Part shown: positions 1-9,702 of the stretch, one piece after another
Layout: each line of letters opens with the position of its first letter
Numbering within the stretch: the stretch's first letter is position 1
Assembly (NCBI GenBank): GCA_018673485.1
Contig: JABHCP010000002.1
Span: 1,502-65,501, forward strand
Source: Candidatus Uhrbacteria bacterium
GTDB lineage: Bacteria; Patescibacteriota; Patescibacteriia; UBA9934
DNA: 64,000 bases
Direction: 5' to 3'
Notes under the pieces: model-generated
Told to the model about the DNA's origin: nothing
What the model saw: only the letters and a program-made list of their open reading frames with translations
Database searches by the model: none
Program-made: the position numbers and the translations under genes

Positions 1-481
1 GCTGGAGCTTGAACCATTCAATACAATGTCGAGCGCCTCGGCCTCAGTAATTGTAAATAGTGATCCGGTGATTGTTACAATAGGGTCAGAACAGACGACA
101 GTAGACGAAGAGGGTCAATATATTTTGGTCGACATTGATCGTCAGACTATATTTGCGTATCAAGACGGCGCATTGCAAAATTCGTTCTTGATCTCTGGTG
201 GCACATCTTACTACCCATCACCAACGGGGGACTATGAAGTGATGGAGAAGATTCTTTGGAAAGATTACACTTGGTACTTTGGAGATGCAGATTCTCGTAA
301 CTATGATCTTTCAGGGGTGAAATATAATTTAAAATTTAAGAACATGTATTACATCCATTCCGCTTATTGGCATAATAATTTTGGGAATCCGATGAGTCAT
401 GGGTGTATTAATACCTCGTATGAGGATGCAGAGTGGATATATGAATGGGCTGATGTTGGAGCTACGGTAGAGGTTCGATAA
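1..481 (+). CDS. L,D-transpeptidase (YkuD domain), 5'-truncated by window edge
   Basis: IHSAYWHNNFGNPMSHGCIN catalytic His/Cys motif; frame is open back to position 2. Confidence 0.9.
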   Translation, partial: LELEPFNTMSSASASVIVNSDPVIVTIGSEQTTVDEEGQYILVDIDRQTIFAYQDGALQNSFLISGGTSYYPSPTGDYEVMEKILWKDYTWYFGDADSRNYDLSGVKYNLKFKNMYYIHSAYWHNNFGNPMSHGCINTSYEDAEWIYEWADVGATVEVR

Positions 482-545
482 AGTTTATAGTGCGCCCTTC
501 GACAGGCTCAGGACAAAAAAACCGCAGATTATTCTGCGGTTTTTT

Positions 546-622
546 TGGTGGACCCTATCGGAGTCGAACCGATGACCTCCTCGGTGCAAGCGAGGCGCTC
601 TAGCCAGCTGAGCTAAGGGCCC
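546..622 (-). tRNA. tRNA-Ala(TGC)
   Basis: Cloverleaf GGGCCCTTAGCTCAG...CCTCG-CTTGCAC-CGAGG...GGTTCGACTCC...TCCACCA; G3:U70 pair; encoded CCA; hairpin terminator at 515-547. Confidence 0.97.
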
Positions 623-696
623 ATATTCGAAAGCGACATAATAATACCCAATTTGACTCAATTCGTCAATAGTTAATAATAGCGCTATTTTAGCTT

Positions 697-726
697 CAAG
701 GTTGAACCTTTAAAGGTTCAACCTTG
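697..726. repeat. Palindrome CAAGGTTGAACCT-n-AGGTTCAACCTTG, copy 1
   Basis: Perfect 30-bp palindrome; near-identical copy at 9518-9548. Confidence 0.85.
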
Positions 727-783
727 GGCAGATAAAGCAAAAGCGTCCGCCACGAGGTGGCGGAGCGCAGAGCGCGAGCGAGG

Positions 784-1206
784 TCAATCCTTGAGAAGCC
801 CGTACTTTTTGAGCTTCTCTCGTCCCTGCGGAACGATGCGGCTTAATCGATGGCGTTCCCGGGATCCAGACTTTGTCACACGATAGTCAGTATAGCCGGG
901 GCTGACTGAGGGCTCGCACGCTACCATCTTTTGCTTCCTGAGCATCTTGATCGTCTTCCAGATTAGGATAAAGCGCAAGCCCTTGATCGTGTCTCCAACG
1001 TGTTCATGGATACGGTCACCGCGGACCCATCCACACGCTCCAAATGGGCCCATGACGTAGGCTCCCTCAATTGCGCCGATTCGAGACATGGATTCGAGAA
1101 CAGCCCAAGCATACAGCTCGTACTTGGTGCGCTTGAAGTGGATGCTCCGACTGGTGCGGATTGCGATGAGCGTCGAAATAGCGAGAATGATCCAGGCGAT
1201 CGTCAT
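784..1206 (-). CDS. Hypothetical protein with N-terminal TM helix (cassette cargo; possible winged-helix C-terminus)
   Basis: 140-aa ORF, AAGGA SD, TTGACA-17-TAATCT promoter at 1266-1294, 3' hairpin 746-764. Confidence 0.65.
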   Translation of the reverse strand: MTIAWIILAISTLIAIRTSRSIHFKRTKYELYAWAVLESMSRIGAIEGAYVMGPFGACGWVRGDRIHEHVGDTIKGLRFILIWKTIKMLRKQKMVACEPSVSPGYTDYRVTKSGSRERHRLSRIVPQGREKLKKYGLLKD

Positions 1207-1345
1207 TTTTCCTTCTTTCCGAGAGAGGTCTCGCGGATGTGGGGTTAATGGTAGAACGGATAATGAGATTAGCCTGAAATCTACGTTTTGTCAATCCGTT
1301 CGCTGAAAAGTGCTATAATTTATAAAAGAATTAATATAATCAAAT

Positions 1346-1882
1346 ATGAATAGATTTTGGAAAAATGTTTCTGTACTTTTGGGGCTCATTTTAGCGATAC
1401 TTATCGCTGCAGCATGGTATATGGGTTGCATGGGTACCTATGAAGTTGAGGTTCGTTCAATGGGTCCTTATAATTTTGTGTACGAAGAGTACACTGGCCC
1501 TTACACTCAGTCCGGACCCGTCTTCACACGAGTTTACGATAGTCTTTTAGAAGATGGTATCGGAACCAATGTTGGTATGGGTTTGTATTACGATAACCCC
1601 GATGAAGTAGCGCAAGACGAGCTCTACAGTGAGCTTGGATCAGTTATCGACGACATTCAGGCCACGGTTCTTCCTGAGGGCTATAATTCCAAGGTCATTG
1701 ATTCCACTGAGTACGCGGTAGTTAAGTTTCCTTACAAGAACATGCTTTCGTATATGATTGGGCCGATCATGGTATACCCTGTTTTGAATGAGTATTTTGG
1801 AAATGAAGAAAATGGCGCAGAGTATGCAATAGAGCTTTATACCCAAGACGCGATTTATTACATGATAGAAGTAGCTCAATAA
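1346..1882 (+). CDS. GyrI-like domain membrane-anchored protein
   Basis: N-terminal TM; GPY and GLYYDNP motifs typical of GyrI-like domains. Confidence 0.7.
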   Translation: MNRFWKNVSVLLGLILAILIAAAWYMGCMGTYEVEVRSMGPYNFVYEEYTGPYTQSGPVFTRVYDSLLEDGIGTNVGMGLYYDNPDEVAQDELYSELGSVIDDIQATVLPEGYNSKVIDSTEYAVVKFPYKNMLSYMIGPIMVYPVLNEYFGNEENGAEYAIELYTQDAIYYMIEVAQ

Positions 1883-1885
1883 TTT

Positions 1886-2848
1886 ATGGACCGTTTTGGA
1901 TTATCAAAAGAGGTTGGTGAGATGTATGGCGATGCAGCTCTTGCCATTGGGCATGAGTATGATGAAGATCGGCTAGTAATGCCTGACAGTAAGGAAGCGC
2001 GAATGAGCGTTGTACCTTTTTTGCACGATGCGGGGATTGATATTTCAAAATTATCTCAACGTGCTATTGATAGACTGGAGATGTTGCATGAAAACACCAG
2101 ACATTTTAGAGATGAATTGCAGTCCGTTGAATATATTCGCAGAATTTCAGATTATATTGCTAAACATGATTCAGCACGTGCGTTTGAAGATGGTGAGATC
2201 GAGCAGATAATTGTAGGAACCATATTTTCAGACATTGGTAAGACTGGACCGCGCGGAGCAACTCAGGAGCAGATTCAGGTCATTACAGATATGTATGGTA
2301 TTGATGAAAAGGTCAGTCCTAATGATACTGTTGCGGAATTTATACAAAAATTTTTTCCATATAGAGCTCCAGAAATGATAGATGATTATAATGGAGTTAG
2401 TGGTATCGATTCTGATATGACAATGCGTGAGTTTTGGGATCAGCATGTGTATTGGAGCTATGACATTATTCAGTACACTGGTTTGCCAGTGGATGGAATT
2501 ATTGCAGCAGCTACTCACCATATCATGGAAGGAAATATACCAATTGATATGGATGAGCACGGCATAATCCATGCGTTAGGAGTGGAGAGAAAAGTCGGTA
2601 GACCAGAGGTGTTTGTAATGATGCTCGATAAGTACGATGCTCAAATAAGGCGTGGAGGCAGAACGCATGATCAAGCGATCGCATATCTATATGATAGAGT
2701 CAGACATAATAAATTGTTAGATCAGATCGATGATGGCGGTGAACTTAGCGCATTAATGGTCTCATGCATTAGAGATATTGATATGGCACTGATGCTGCAA
2801 GAAGACGCAAAGGACTTGGATAGTGCGAGTGCAATGGCTGCAAAATAA
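1886..2848 (+). CDS. HD-domain-like protein (SD in place of HD)
   Basis: IFSDIGK, H, HH and DKYDA motifs in HD/HD-GYP order. Confidence 0.6.
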   Translation: MDRFGLSKEVGEMYGDAALAIGHEYDEDRLVMPDSKEARMSVVPFLHDAGIDISKLSQRAIDRLEMLHENTRHFRDELQSVEYIRRISDYIAKHDSARAFEDGEIEQIIVGTIFSDIGKTGPRGATQEQIQVITDMYGIDEKVSPNDTVAEFIQKFFPYRAPEMIDDYNGVSGIDSDMTMREFWDQHVYWSYDIIQYTGLPVDGIIAAATHHIMEGNIPIDMDEHGIIHALGVERKVGRPEVFVMMLDKYDAQIRRGGRTHDQAIAYLYDRVRHNKLLDQIDDGGELSALMVSCIRDIDMALMLQEDAKDLDSASAMAAK

Positions 2849-2951
2849 AATATAGTCGATTGCGGTCCGATCGGACTACAATCGATTATAAAATAAAAAA
2901 CACCCGCGCTTGATCGAATTCGATCTAATGCGGGTGTTTTTTTATTTGTGT

Positions 2952-3641
2952 CTATTGGAAAAGTGCTGTTTCACACTCATCGACTGCATCCTCTGCTGTT
3001 TCGATAATTTCATCACTTGGTGTGTATTCTTCGAAACCGTTGTATGGATCAGAGAGATTAATTGTCATCATGTTTCGATTTGCACGATCTTCCCATCCCA
3101 TTAGCCATGGATTTGCGCATGGTCCAGGAGAGTCGTCACCTGACTGGAATAGAACGATAAGCTTTCCATTTTCGTATCCGATTACGTGCATAACTGGGAA
3201 GTATTGATCAGTGCCATCGATTCCATATTCATCGACGTTGTTTATATCTCTTCGCCATAGACGATCAAATGAGTAGTCATCTTCATTGTACTTATAAAGA
3301 CTCAGTAGCGTATCACCTAACTCAAGAAGTGTTTTTCTACTTGCAAAGTAGACAAAGTTTGGCTCGATGGGATCTTGAACAACGCCAAACTCAATTTCTT
3401 GATACTCAGAGAGACTTTGAATGTCCTCAATTGCATTTTCATAAAACTCCCATTCCTCTGGCATAATGTATTCATAATTCGTTGCCTCGACTACGCGGGT
3501 TGTTTCGTCGAGCACCTCTTGTGCATCAGGGAGTATTGCAACGTCTTCTGTTTTGAGAATTGATGTTATCAAGATTATCCCGACGACGATCAAAACACCG
3601 GCGATAATGTACTGAAAGTACTTTGGTTTGTGGTCTGACAT
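2952..3641 (-). CDS. Hypothetical membrane-anchored protein
   Basis: 229-aa ORF, N-terminal TM, acidic ectodomain. Confidence 0.75.
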   Translation of the reverse strand: MSDHKPKYFQYIIAGVLIVVGIILITSILKTEDVAILPDAQEVLDETTRVVEATNYEYIMPEEWEFYENAIEDIQSLSEYQEIEFGVVQDPIEPNFVYFASRKTLLELGDTLLSLYKYNEDDYSFDRLWRRDINNVDEYGIDGTDQYFPVMHVIGYENGKLIVLFQSGDDSPGPCANPWLMGWEDRANRNMMTINLSDPYNGFEEYTPSDEIIETAEDAVDECETALFQ

Positions 3642-3643
3642 AG

Positions 3644-4630
3644 TTATGCAATTTTATTAGGTAAACGTTTGTTATTTGTAAAAGCTAAAATGTTTTTTAG
3701 TGCAATCTGTCCCATGGCATCGCGCGCTTCGATCGTGGCTGACGCTGTATGCGGTGTTAAGATTACATTTGGCATTTTCCTGAGTTCAAATTTATCTCTT
3801 GGGTTGCAGTCGATCTTTGGTTCACATTCATAAACGTCTAGCCCAGCTCCGGCAATGTCGCCATTTTTTAGGGCCTTGATGAGTTCAGTTTCATCGACTA
3901 CTGGGCCCCGCGAGGTGTTTATTAGGAAAGCTGTTTTTTTCATGGCCTTCAGCTCCTTTGTGCTTATTAGGTGATGTGTTGCTTTTAGTAGTGGTACATG
4001 GAGCGTTACGATATCAGCTTCTTTTAGGAGTTGAGTTTTAGTTCTGAGTTTTGCTTTAAAATCCTTTTCGTATTTTGTATTTCGTTTGATGTCGTTGTAT
4101 ATAATCTTTACTCCAAATCCATCATAGAGCCGTTTTGAAATGCTGTATCCGATTCTCCCAGCTCCTATAACCCCAATCGTTTTACCAGATAGTCCGCTTC
4201 CAAGCATGAGTCCTGGATCCCATCCTTTATATTTTTTCGCTCGCGTGAAATTATCAGCCTCAATTAATCTATGTGCTAGTCCAAAGATCATTGCGATTGC
4301 GTGTTCAGCAACGGACTCTGTACTTTGATCACACGGCGTGTTGATAACTCGAATTTTTCGTCTCTTCGCCTCTTCGATATCTATATTATCAAAACCAACT
4401 GCATAGTTTGCGATCATTTTAAGCTGATCACCAGCCGCGTCCATAACTTGTGCGTCAATTCTGTCAGTGAGCAATGAAAGAATAATATCAGCGCCTTTAA
4501 CGCGCTTGAGAAGTTCTTTTCGTGGGATGATTTGATCTTTTTTGTATACAGAAACTTCAAACCCTTTTTGTTTTGAAAGTTTTTCAATTGCAGTTCCAGG
4601 GAACTGTCGCGTAACAAATATTTTGGTCAT
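3644..4630 (-). CDS. D-2-hydroxyacid dehydrogenase (glyoxylate reductase / D-glycerate dehydrogenase family)
   Basis: GAGRIG Rossmann motif, INTSRG, GLDVYE, TPHTAS. Confidence 0.93.
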   Translation of the reverse strand: MTKIFVTRQFPGTAIEKLSKQKGFEVSVYKKDQIIPRKELLKRVKGADIILSLLTDRIDAQVMDAAGDQLKMIANYAVGFDNIDIEEAKRRKIRVINTPCDQSTESVAEHAIAMIFGLAHRLIEADNFTRAKKYKGWDPGLMLGSGLSGKTIGVIGAGRIGYSISKRLYDGFGVKIIYNDIKRNTKYEKDFKAKLRTKTQLLKEADIVTLHVPLLKATHHLISTKELKAMKKTAFLINTSRGPVVDETELIKALKNGDIAGAGLDVYECEPKIDCNPRDKFELRKMPNVILTPHTASATIEARDAMGQIALKNILAFTNNKRLPNKIA

Positions 4631-4736
4631 ATGTATTAGTCTTGAGAGGGTCTCCCTGACTTGCTGGCAAGCAGGTCCTAGACGTCGAGATGGGAATTAA
4701 TGCTAACCATTTCGAACGGAGTGAGAAATCTTCTAA

Positions 4737-5711
4737 TTATATCAACTTAACTTTAACTCTCTTGAGAGCGGCCCTTGTTGGCCACTTGTTCAATATTCCA
4801 ATTTTTGCACCATATGACTGAATCACTGACTCCGCGTTTAACATCCCGACCTTGAGCGCCTCATCGATTCCCATTCCTTTTGCAAGCGCTGAAACTAGCC
4901 CTGATCCGAATGAATCTCCAGCACCAGTGCGTGATATCGCTTTCTTGCCTTGCGGTCTGATATACCAAGTTGTTCCATCCAGGTGAGCATATGCGCCATT
5001 TGGGCCATCTGTGATTATCACAGTGAGCCCGGGGAGCGCTAACTTCTCGCAAAGCTCTTTAATACTGGATTTATTATCTTTGGTGAGCTCTCGAGCTTCC
5101 TCAGTATTTAGATTAAACAGTGTTAGATGTTTCATGATCGGGAGCAGTTCCTTTAGTCCCTTGCTAAGCTCTCCGCCTCCAGGATTAAAGGCGATCAGTG
5201 TTTTGTTTTTGCGAGCTTCTTTTACAACTTTTAGAGCGAGCGATGTATTACCTGCCAGAGATGTAATATAGAGCCATTTTGATTTTAGCTTTTTAAGCGG
5301 TACGTCTTTGATTTGGAATTCGCTAGAAACACCACGATGAACGAGCGCACTGCGCTCTCCATTTTTTGCAGTTAGCAAAACACTATAACCAGTTGTACCT
5401 TTTTTGATTTTGTTAACGAGAGTTGTTTTGACGTTGAACTTTTTTAGATCATTGATCACTGACTCGGCAGCATCGTCGTCACCAACTCTGGTAATGACTG
5501 CGGTATTAAATCCAAGTGATGCAAATGTCGCAGCTGAGTTTGTTCCACCTCCACCAGTAGTTCTTACCACAGTCTCGACATCGATTTTACTTCCAAACGG
5601 AACGCACTCACCAACACCTGTTGAGAATTTGTCAGAATTAATAAGCTGAAAATTCTTTGATGCCAAGAAAACATCTCGAGTAGCTGATCCAATTGTTATG
5701 ATGTCGTACAT
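4737..5711 (-). CDS. PfkB family carbohydrate kinase
   Basis: GGGGTNSA and TGAGDSF signatures. Confidence 0.92.
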   Translation of the reverse strand: MYDIITIGSATRDVFLASKNFQLINSDKFSTGVGECVPFGSKIDVETVVRTTGGGGTNSAATFASLGFNTAVITRVGDDDAAESVINDLKKFNVKTTLVNKIKKGTTGYSVLLTAKNGERSALVHRGVSSEFQIKDVPLKKLKSKWLYITSLAGNTSLALKVVKEARKNKTLIAFNPGGGELSKGLKELLPIMKHLTLFNLNTEEARELTKDNKSSIKELCEKLALPGLTVIITDGPNGAYAHLDGTTWYIRPQGKKAISRTGAGDSFGSGLVSALAKGMGIDEALKVGMLNAESVIQSYGAKIGILNKWPTRAALKRVKVKLI

Positions 5712-5719
5712 ATAATTTT

Positions 5720-5800
5720 GTCATTCCTGGCCCCGACCAGGAATCTATCATTTATCGAATTTGATATTCGATGGTTCCCGGATCGGGGTCCGGGATGACA
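5720..5800. repeat. GTCAT...ATGAC paired palindromic (REP-like) element
   Basis: GTCATTCCTGGCCCCGACCAGGAATC ... CCCGGATCGGGGTCCGGGATGACA; related copies at 4706, 10295, 12311, 13334, 22284, 23954, 25607, 40219, 50675. Confidence 0.8.
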
Positions 5801-6631
5801 CTAAGCCTCGTGCTTTTCCCAAAGCTTAATGAAGTATAGATAGTTTTTCGCAATTTTCTCTACTGCTTGCTTGCGTGTAATTTTTTTATCTTTGAATTGC
5901 TCAAGCGGTTTGTAGAATATGGTGCGACCAATTGCAAACCCACTAACTACACCGGACTTTGCCGCTGCGATAATCCAGTCTTCTACCTTTGCTTTGCTTG
6001 CCCCCCGACCCAATATAACTAAGTCGCTTTTTGCAACTTTGTATATCTCTTTCCATTGTTTTGCATATGGTAGGCCTTCGAGCTTCCATACATCAGGGTC
6101 AGAACCTGCTTTTTTCATTTCTATAATCGCTTTTCTCATTTGTTTGAAACGAGACCCCTTACCTGTCATTAGTGGCTCATTCAGCCATTTTTGATCATGA
6201 TTCTTACACCAGTCATTAAGTCTTTTAAGTCGCGCATTCTGAATCTTATTGGCTTCTTTTTGACTTACGTCATATCGGACAAGTGCTTTTGCGTATGTAG
6301 GTTTCATTTCTTTAAGATGCTTTCCAAATCCGTTACCATATTTAAATTGAAAGAATAGCTGTCCACTTTGTTCTACTGACATGGCAAATGGAATCATCTG
6401 CTTTTGGCACGCTTTTATGACGTGAGAACCAAATTCTTCATCAATAAGAATGCCCATGTCCTCTGAATGCTCGTATTGATTATGAGCTAGCATAAAACCG
6501 TCAAAAACTACGCTTTTCATTTTACTAACCTCACGAAGTTGAGCGGCTGTTTTTACAGGGTATTTAAAGCCTAGGAGCTTTTCTGCAAATGTTGAACGAT
6601 GATCAAATGGCAAAATAAATAGTCGATCCAT
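5801..6631 (-). CDS. DUF2090 class I aldolase-like protein (IolC C-terminal-like)
   Basis: LFILPFDHR, PDVWKLEG, LGRG, GFAIGRTIF motifs. Confidence 0.85.
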   Translation of the reverse strand: MDRLFILPFDHRSTFAEKLLGFKYPVKTAAQLREVSKMKSVVFDGFMLAHNQYEHSEDMGILIDEEFGSHVIKACQKQMIPFAMSVEQSGQLFFQFKYGNGFGKHLKEMKPTYAKALVRYDVSQKEANKIQNARLKRLNDWCKNHDQKWLNEPLMTGKGSRFKQMRKAIIEMKKAGSDPDVWKLEGLPYAKQWKEIYKVAKSDLVILGRGASKAKVEDWIIAAAKSGVVSGFAIGRTIFYKPLEQFKDKKITRKQAVEKIAKNYLYFIKLWEKHEA

Positions 6632-6649
6632 ATGTCCCCATTATAGCAT

Positions 6650-7210
6650 TTATCGGAAATCCGATCCTTTGTAGATGTAGAATGGTAGAGCTTTGTCAGT
6701 TTTGAGTACTTTGCTTGGTTTTATGTTCTCCATCGCCCATCCTTGTACTGCAATCAGTGCCTCGTCTTTGAGTTCAGCTTTGAATTTTTCTTTAAGCCTG
6801 TCATATGCTTTTGTGAGCAAGAATATAATGATGATGTCCGCGTTGTCGATGGATTGCTTGAATAGATTCTTGTACTTAATTTGTACGTTCTTGTATTTGA
6901 GCGCTCTGAGTTTTGCGATCAGATAGGGGATCACGGAAATCTCACACCCAATAAAATTTGCCTTGGTATTTTCTTTAGCTAGTGCAAAAAGCAGGGTTCC
7001 AGTACCGCAGCCAAGATCATAAATTATCTGCCCAGGCTTTATTTCCAGACTCTTCACCAACGCCTTTTTTTCACGTCGTTTAGTAGGTACCCATGGGGCA
7101 GCTGATAGGCCGGCGACAGCGCCGGTTGCGACAGCGATCCAGATAATAGCAAATATTACCCATGACGCTGTGGGGTATAGTTCAAAAAGATCTGAAAATG
7201 GATTTGTCAT
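6650..7210 (-). CDS. SAM-dependent methyltransferase with N-terminal TM
   Basis: APWVPT and YDLGCGTG motifs. Confidence 0.85.
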   Translation of the reverse strand: MTNPFSDLFELYPTASWVIFAIIWIAVATGAVAGLSAAPWVPTKRREKKALVKSLEIKPGQIIYDLGCGTGTLLFALAKENTKANFIGCEISVIPYLIAKLRALKYKNVQIKYKNLFKQSIDNADIIIIFLLTKAYDRLKEKFKAELKDEALIAVQGWAMENIKPSKVLKTDKALPFYIYKGSDFR

Positions 7211-7283
7211 ATGTTGATGCGTGAGTTGAGTTTTGTTGATGTATTATAGCTCGAACACACTAAATGCGCTAAAATGTATTCAT

Positions 7284-8522
7284 ATGAATAAAAAACTATC
7301 GATTAGTATAATTATTGTAGTAGGCGTTATCGTCGTCATAGGTCTTTTCATTACAGCTCGGTCTTTGTCGCAGAATCAATATATAGACGATGAGGTTTAT
7401 GTTCCACAGGAGTATCAAGACGTTGAGCTTGGCAATGATTACTCTGGACCAATTAAATATGATGATTCTACGCTTGTGTATGGTGCTGACGCACCAGTGT
7501 ACGTGACGATTTACTCGCACAATGAAGATTCATGGTCGTCACTTGTAAATACACCTGAGCATTATGAAGAATATCGCACTGGATTAATCGAGCGTGCTGA
7601 GTTATTAGCTGAGTATGGTATTGAATGGAACTGGCAGTCCGACCAACCAGTTATAGAAGCTATGATTGAGTATGAAGATGATGGTTGGCTCAAGGCGCTT
7701 CCCGGAGGTCTCAATGTGCTTGAATATTTAGAAACACTTGGCGCGCACTTTGATCCGCATGCTCATTCTAATAATTATGCAGACATAGCGTATCTTATTG
7801 AGCAGCTTGGTGTTAAGGCGACAGGAATTATTGGTGGAACAGTTCTGATAAAATGTGGTACTGAGCATTTAGGATTTTTAAATTTAGATAGCTGGTATGA
7901 CAATGTTGGCATTGAGAGCGATGGTTATGTTTACGGAAGTGACTATCCATTAGCAAAATGGAAGCCAGAAATTCTTTCAGACCCCGGAATGGGTGGGCAT
8001 TATTATGATGAATGGAGCTCGGGAGTTTGGAGGCCAGGTGATGAGGACAAGTTTTATATTAATTTTCCAGACAATGACATTGTATATATTGGGGAAGGGT
8101 ATCCGCACGATGCAACCGTGATAGGTGCCGAGCATGCAAGTGGGGCGGAAGTTCATTCAGAAGATGGCCAGTATATTAAGGACTTGGTAGGTAAGATTGA
8201 AGATGGAGATGTGCCTACGGGTACATCCGATGGTGAGAAATTCATGTATACCGCATCTATTCATATGCGCGATACTGACGTTGTGAGTCATGAAGATTCA
8301 ACTGTTAACACTGTTGAGGGGATCCAGTCTGTCCTTGATGAGCTTATGCCTTTGGTGGATTCAGGTCAGATAATATTCGTTGATTACGAGACAGCGGCGG
8401 AGATCTGGGAGACTGAATATAGTGAAGTTCCGTACCGATATGACTTGTTCGAGTTTAAGTTTTACAAAGCAGTTCGTGATCAGGCAGAAGGTCAATGTGA
8501 GGAGATGGCACCGAGTCGCTAA
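7284..8522 (+). CDS. Hypothetical secreted/anchored protein (possible metal-binding NodB/deacetylase-like barrel)
   Basis: N-terminal TM; HNED, HFDPHAH and SIH motifs. Confidence 0.6.
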   Translation: MNKKLSISIIIVVGVIVVIGLFITARSLSQNQYIDDEVYVPQEYQDVELGNDYSGPIKYDDSTLVYGADAPVYVTIYSHNEDSWSSLVNTPEHYEEYRTGLIERAELLAEYGIEWNWQSDQPVIEAMIEYEDDGWLKALPGGLNVLEYLETLGAHFDPHAHSNNYADIAYLIEQLGVKATGIIGGTVLIKCGTEHLGFLNLDSWYDNVGIESDGYVYGSDYPLAKWKPEILSDPGMGGHYYDEWSSGVWRPGDEDKFYINFPDNDIVYIGEGYPHDATVIGAEHASGAEVHSEDGQYIKDLVGKIEDGDVPTGTSDGEKFMYTASIHMRDTDVVSHEDSTVNTVEGIQSVLDELMPLVDSGQIIFVDYETAAEIWETEYSEVPYRYDLFEFKFYKAVRDQAEGQCEEMAPSR

Positions 8523-8579
8523 GTTTCACAGAAATAGAAAACCCCGCAATCGCGGGGTTTTCTTGATCCCAGGGTATGT

Positions 8580-8655
8580 TGGTGGATCCGACGGGAGTCG
8601 AACCCGCATCCTCTGGTGACAAGCAAGATGAGGTTACCATTACCTCTACGGACCC
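8580..8655 (-). tRNA. Atypical tRNA-like gene (Ala-type acceptor, ambiguous GTC/TGT anticodon loop)
   Basis: GGGTCCG/CGGATCC acceptor with G3:U70, A73-CCA, D-stem GAGG/CCTC, T-arm GCGGG-TTCGACT-CCCGT; imperfect anticodon stem. Confidence 0.8.
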
Positions 8656-8768
8656 ATTTCCCTGAGCTAATAAAATAAAAACAAGGATTTGCGTCCTTGT
8701 TGTTATTTGTCACCAGAGGCGAGTTCTTTTATAGAACCTCATCTAGCACTTCTATTACAGCATCTGAA

Positions 8769-9470
8769 CTATCTTCCGTCAATGCCCAGTGTTGATAAAA
8801 GCTCTCTTCGTTCTGTTTTTGTGAGTTGTCGATAGTTTCCGGGGCCAAGCTCACCGAGCTTTACATTCATTACTCGAATGCGTTTGAGTGTTGCAACTTC
8901 GTATCCGAGTGCTGTACACATCCTTCTGATTTGTCGGTTGCGACCTTCCTTGAGGATGATTTTAAATTTCTTTGGACCAAGATTTTTTACAGGTGCAGGA
9001 TTTGTTACTCGTCCGTCGAGCATCACGCCCTTTTTCATTCCATCGAGAAACTTTCGATTCATTTCTTTGTTCACAGTAACAACGTATTCTTTTTCATGCT
9101 CAAATTTTGGACTGGCAATTTTATTGGCAATATCGCCGTTATTTGTGAGAAGTAATAGTCCAGTAGACTCAACATCAATTCGACCAATGTAGATTAGGCG
9201 CTCATCAGAATCGATGTAGTCAAAAACGGTATTGTCGGCATCCTCATCTGAAGTGCAGATAACACCATATGGTTTGTGAAATGCGATGAAGACATCACCT
9301 GAGCGTGGTCTGATGAGCTCACCGTCGACATAGACCTTCTGTCCTTCTTCAACCTGCTGCCCAACTTTTGCCAGATCATTCCCAATAGTAACCCGACCGT
9401 CATCAATAAGCGTGTCGGCTTTTCGTCTTGAACAAAATCCAGAATCAGCAATGTATTTGTTTAGTCTCAT
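8769..9470 (-). CDS. rRNA pseudouridine synthase, RsuA/RluB/RluF family
   Basis: S4 domain MRLNKYIA..CSRRKAD, GRID catalytic Asp, EGRNRQIRRM. Confidence 0.93.
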   Translation of the reverse strand: MRLNKYIADSGFCSRRKADTLIDDGRVTIGNDLAKVGQQVEEGQKVYVDGELIRPRSGDVFIAFHKPYGVICTSDEDADNTVFDYIDSDERLIYIGRIDVESTGLLLLTNNGDIANKIASPKFEHEKEYVVTVNKEMNRKFLDGMKKGVMLDGRVTNPAPVKNLGPKKFKIILKEGRNRQIRRMCTALGYEVATLKRIRVMNVKLGELGPGNYRQLTKTERRELLSTLGIDGR

Positions 9471-9517
9471 ACGTGAAAGATCATAGCAGAAACCCCAATA
9501 AAATCAAGGTTTTAGCT

Positions 9518-9548
9518 CCAAGGTTGAACCTTAGAGGTTCAACCTTGG
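9518..9548. repeat. Palindrome CAAGGTTGAACCT-n-AGGTTCAACCTTG, copy 2
   Basis: Matches 697-726 including the TTTAGCT left flank. Confidence 0.85.
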
Positions 9549-9702
9549 GTGTCATTCTGAGTGAATGCAGCGGCTCTCGCGCTTCCTTTATGTCCATCTT
9601 GTATAGATCGTTGTACAGCGCGTTGTTGTTTTGAGCTTTGTGTTTTTTCATGTAAGCTAAAAGTGTCTCATTTAGCCCCGAATGGTCGGGAAAGGAGTGA
9701 GT

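Noticed and set aside
623-1300. Prophage or integrative element at tRNA-Ala
   Set aside because: No integrase, no duplicated tRNA 3' end, no phage genes
8580-8750. Full-length canonical tmRNA
   Set aside because: Only about 170 nt are available before the upstream gene, a paired D-stem is present, and no tag frame ending in a stop is evident
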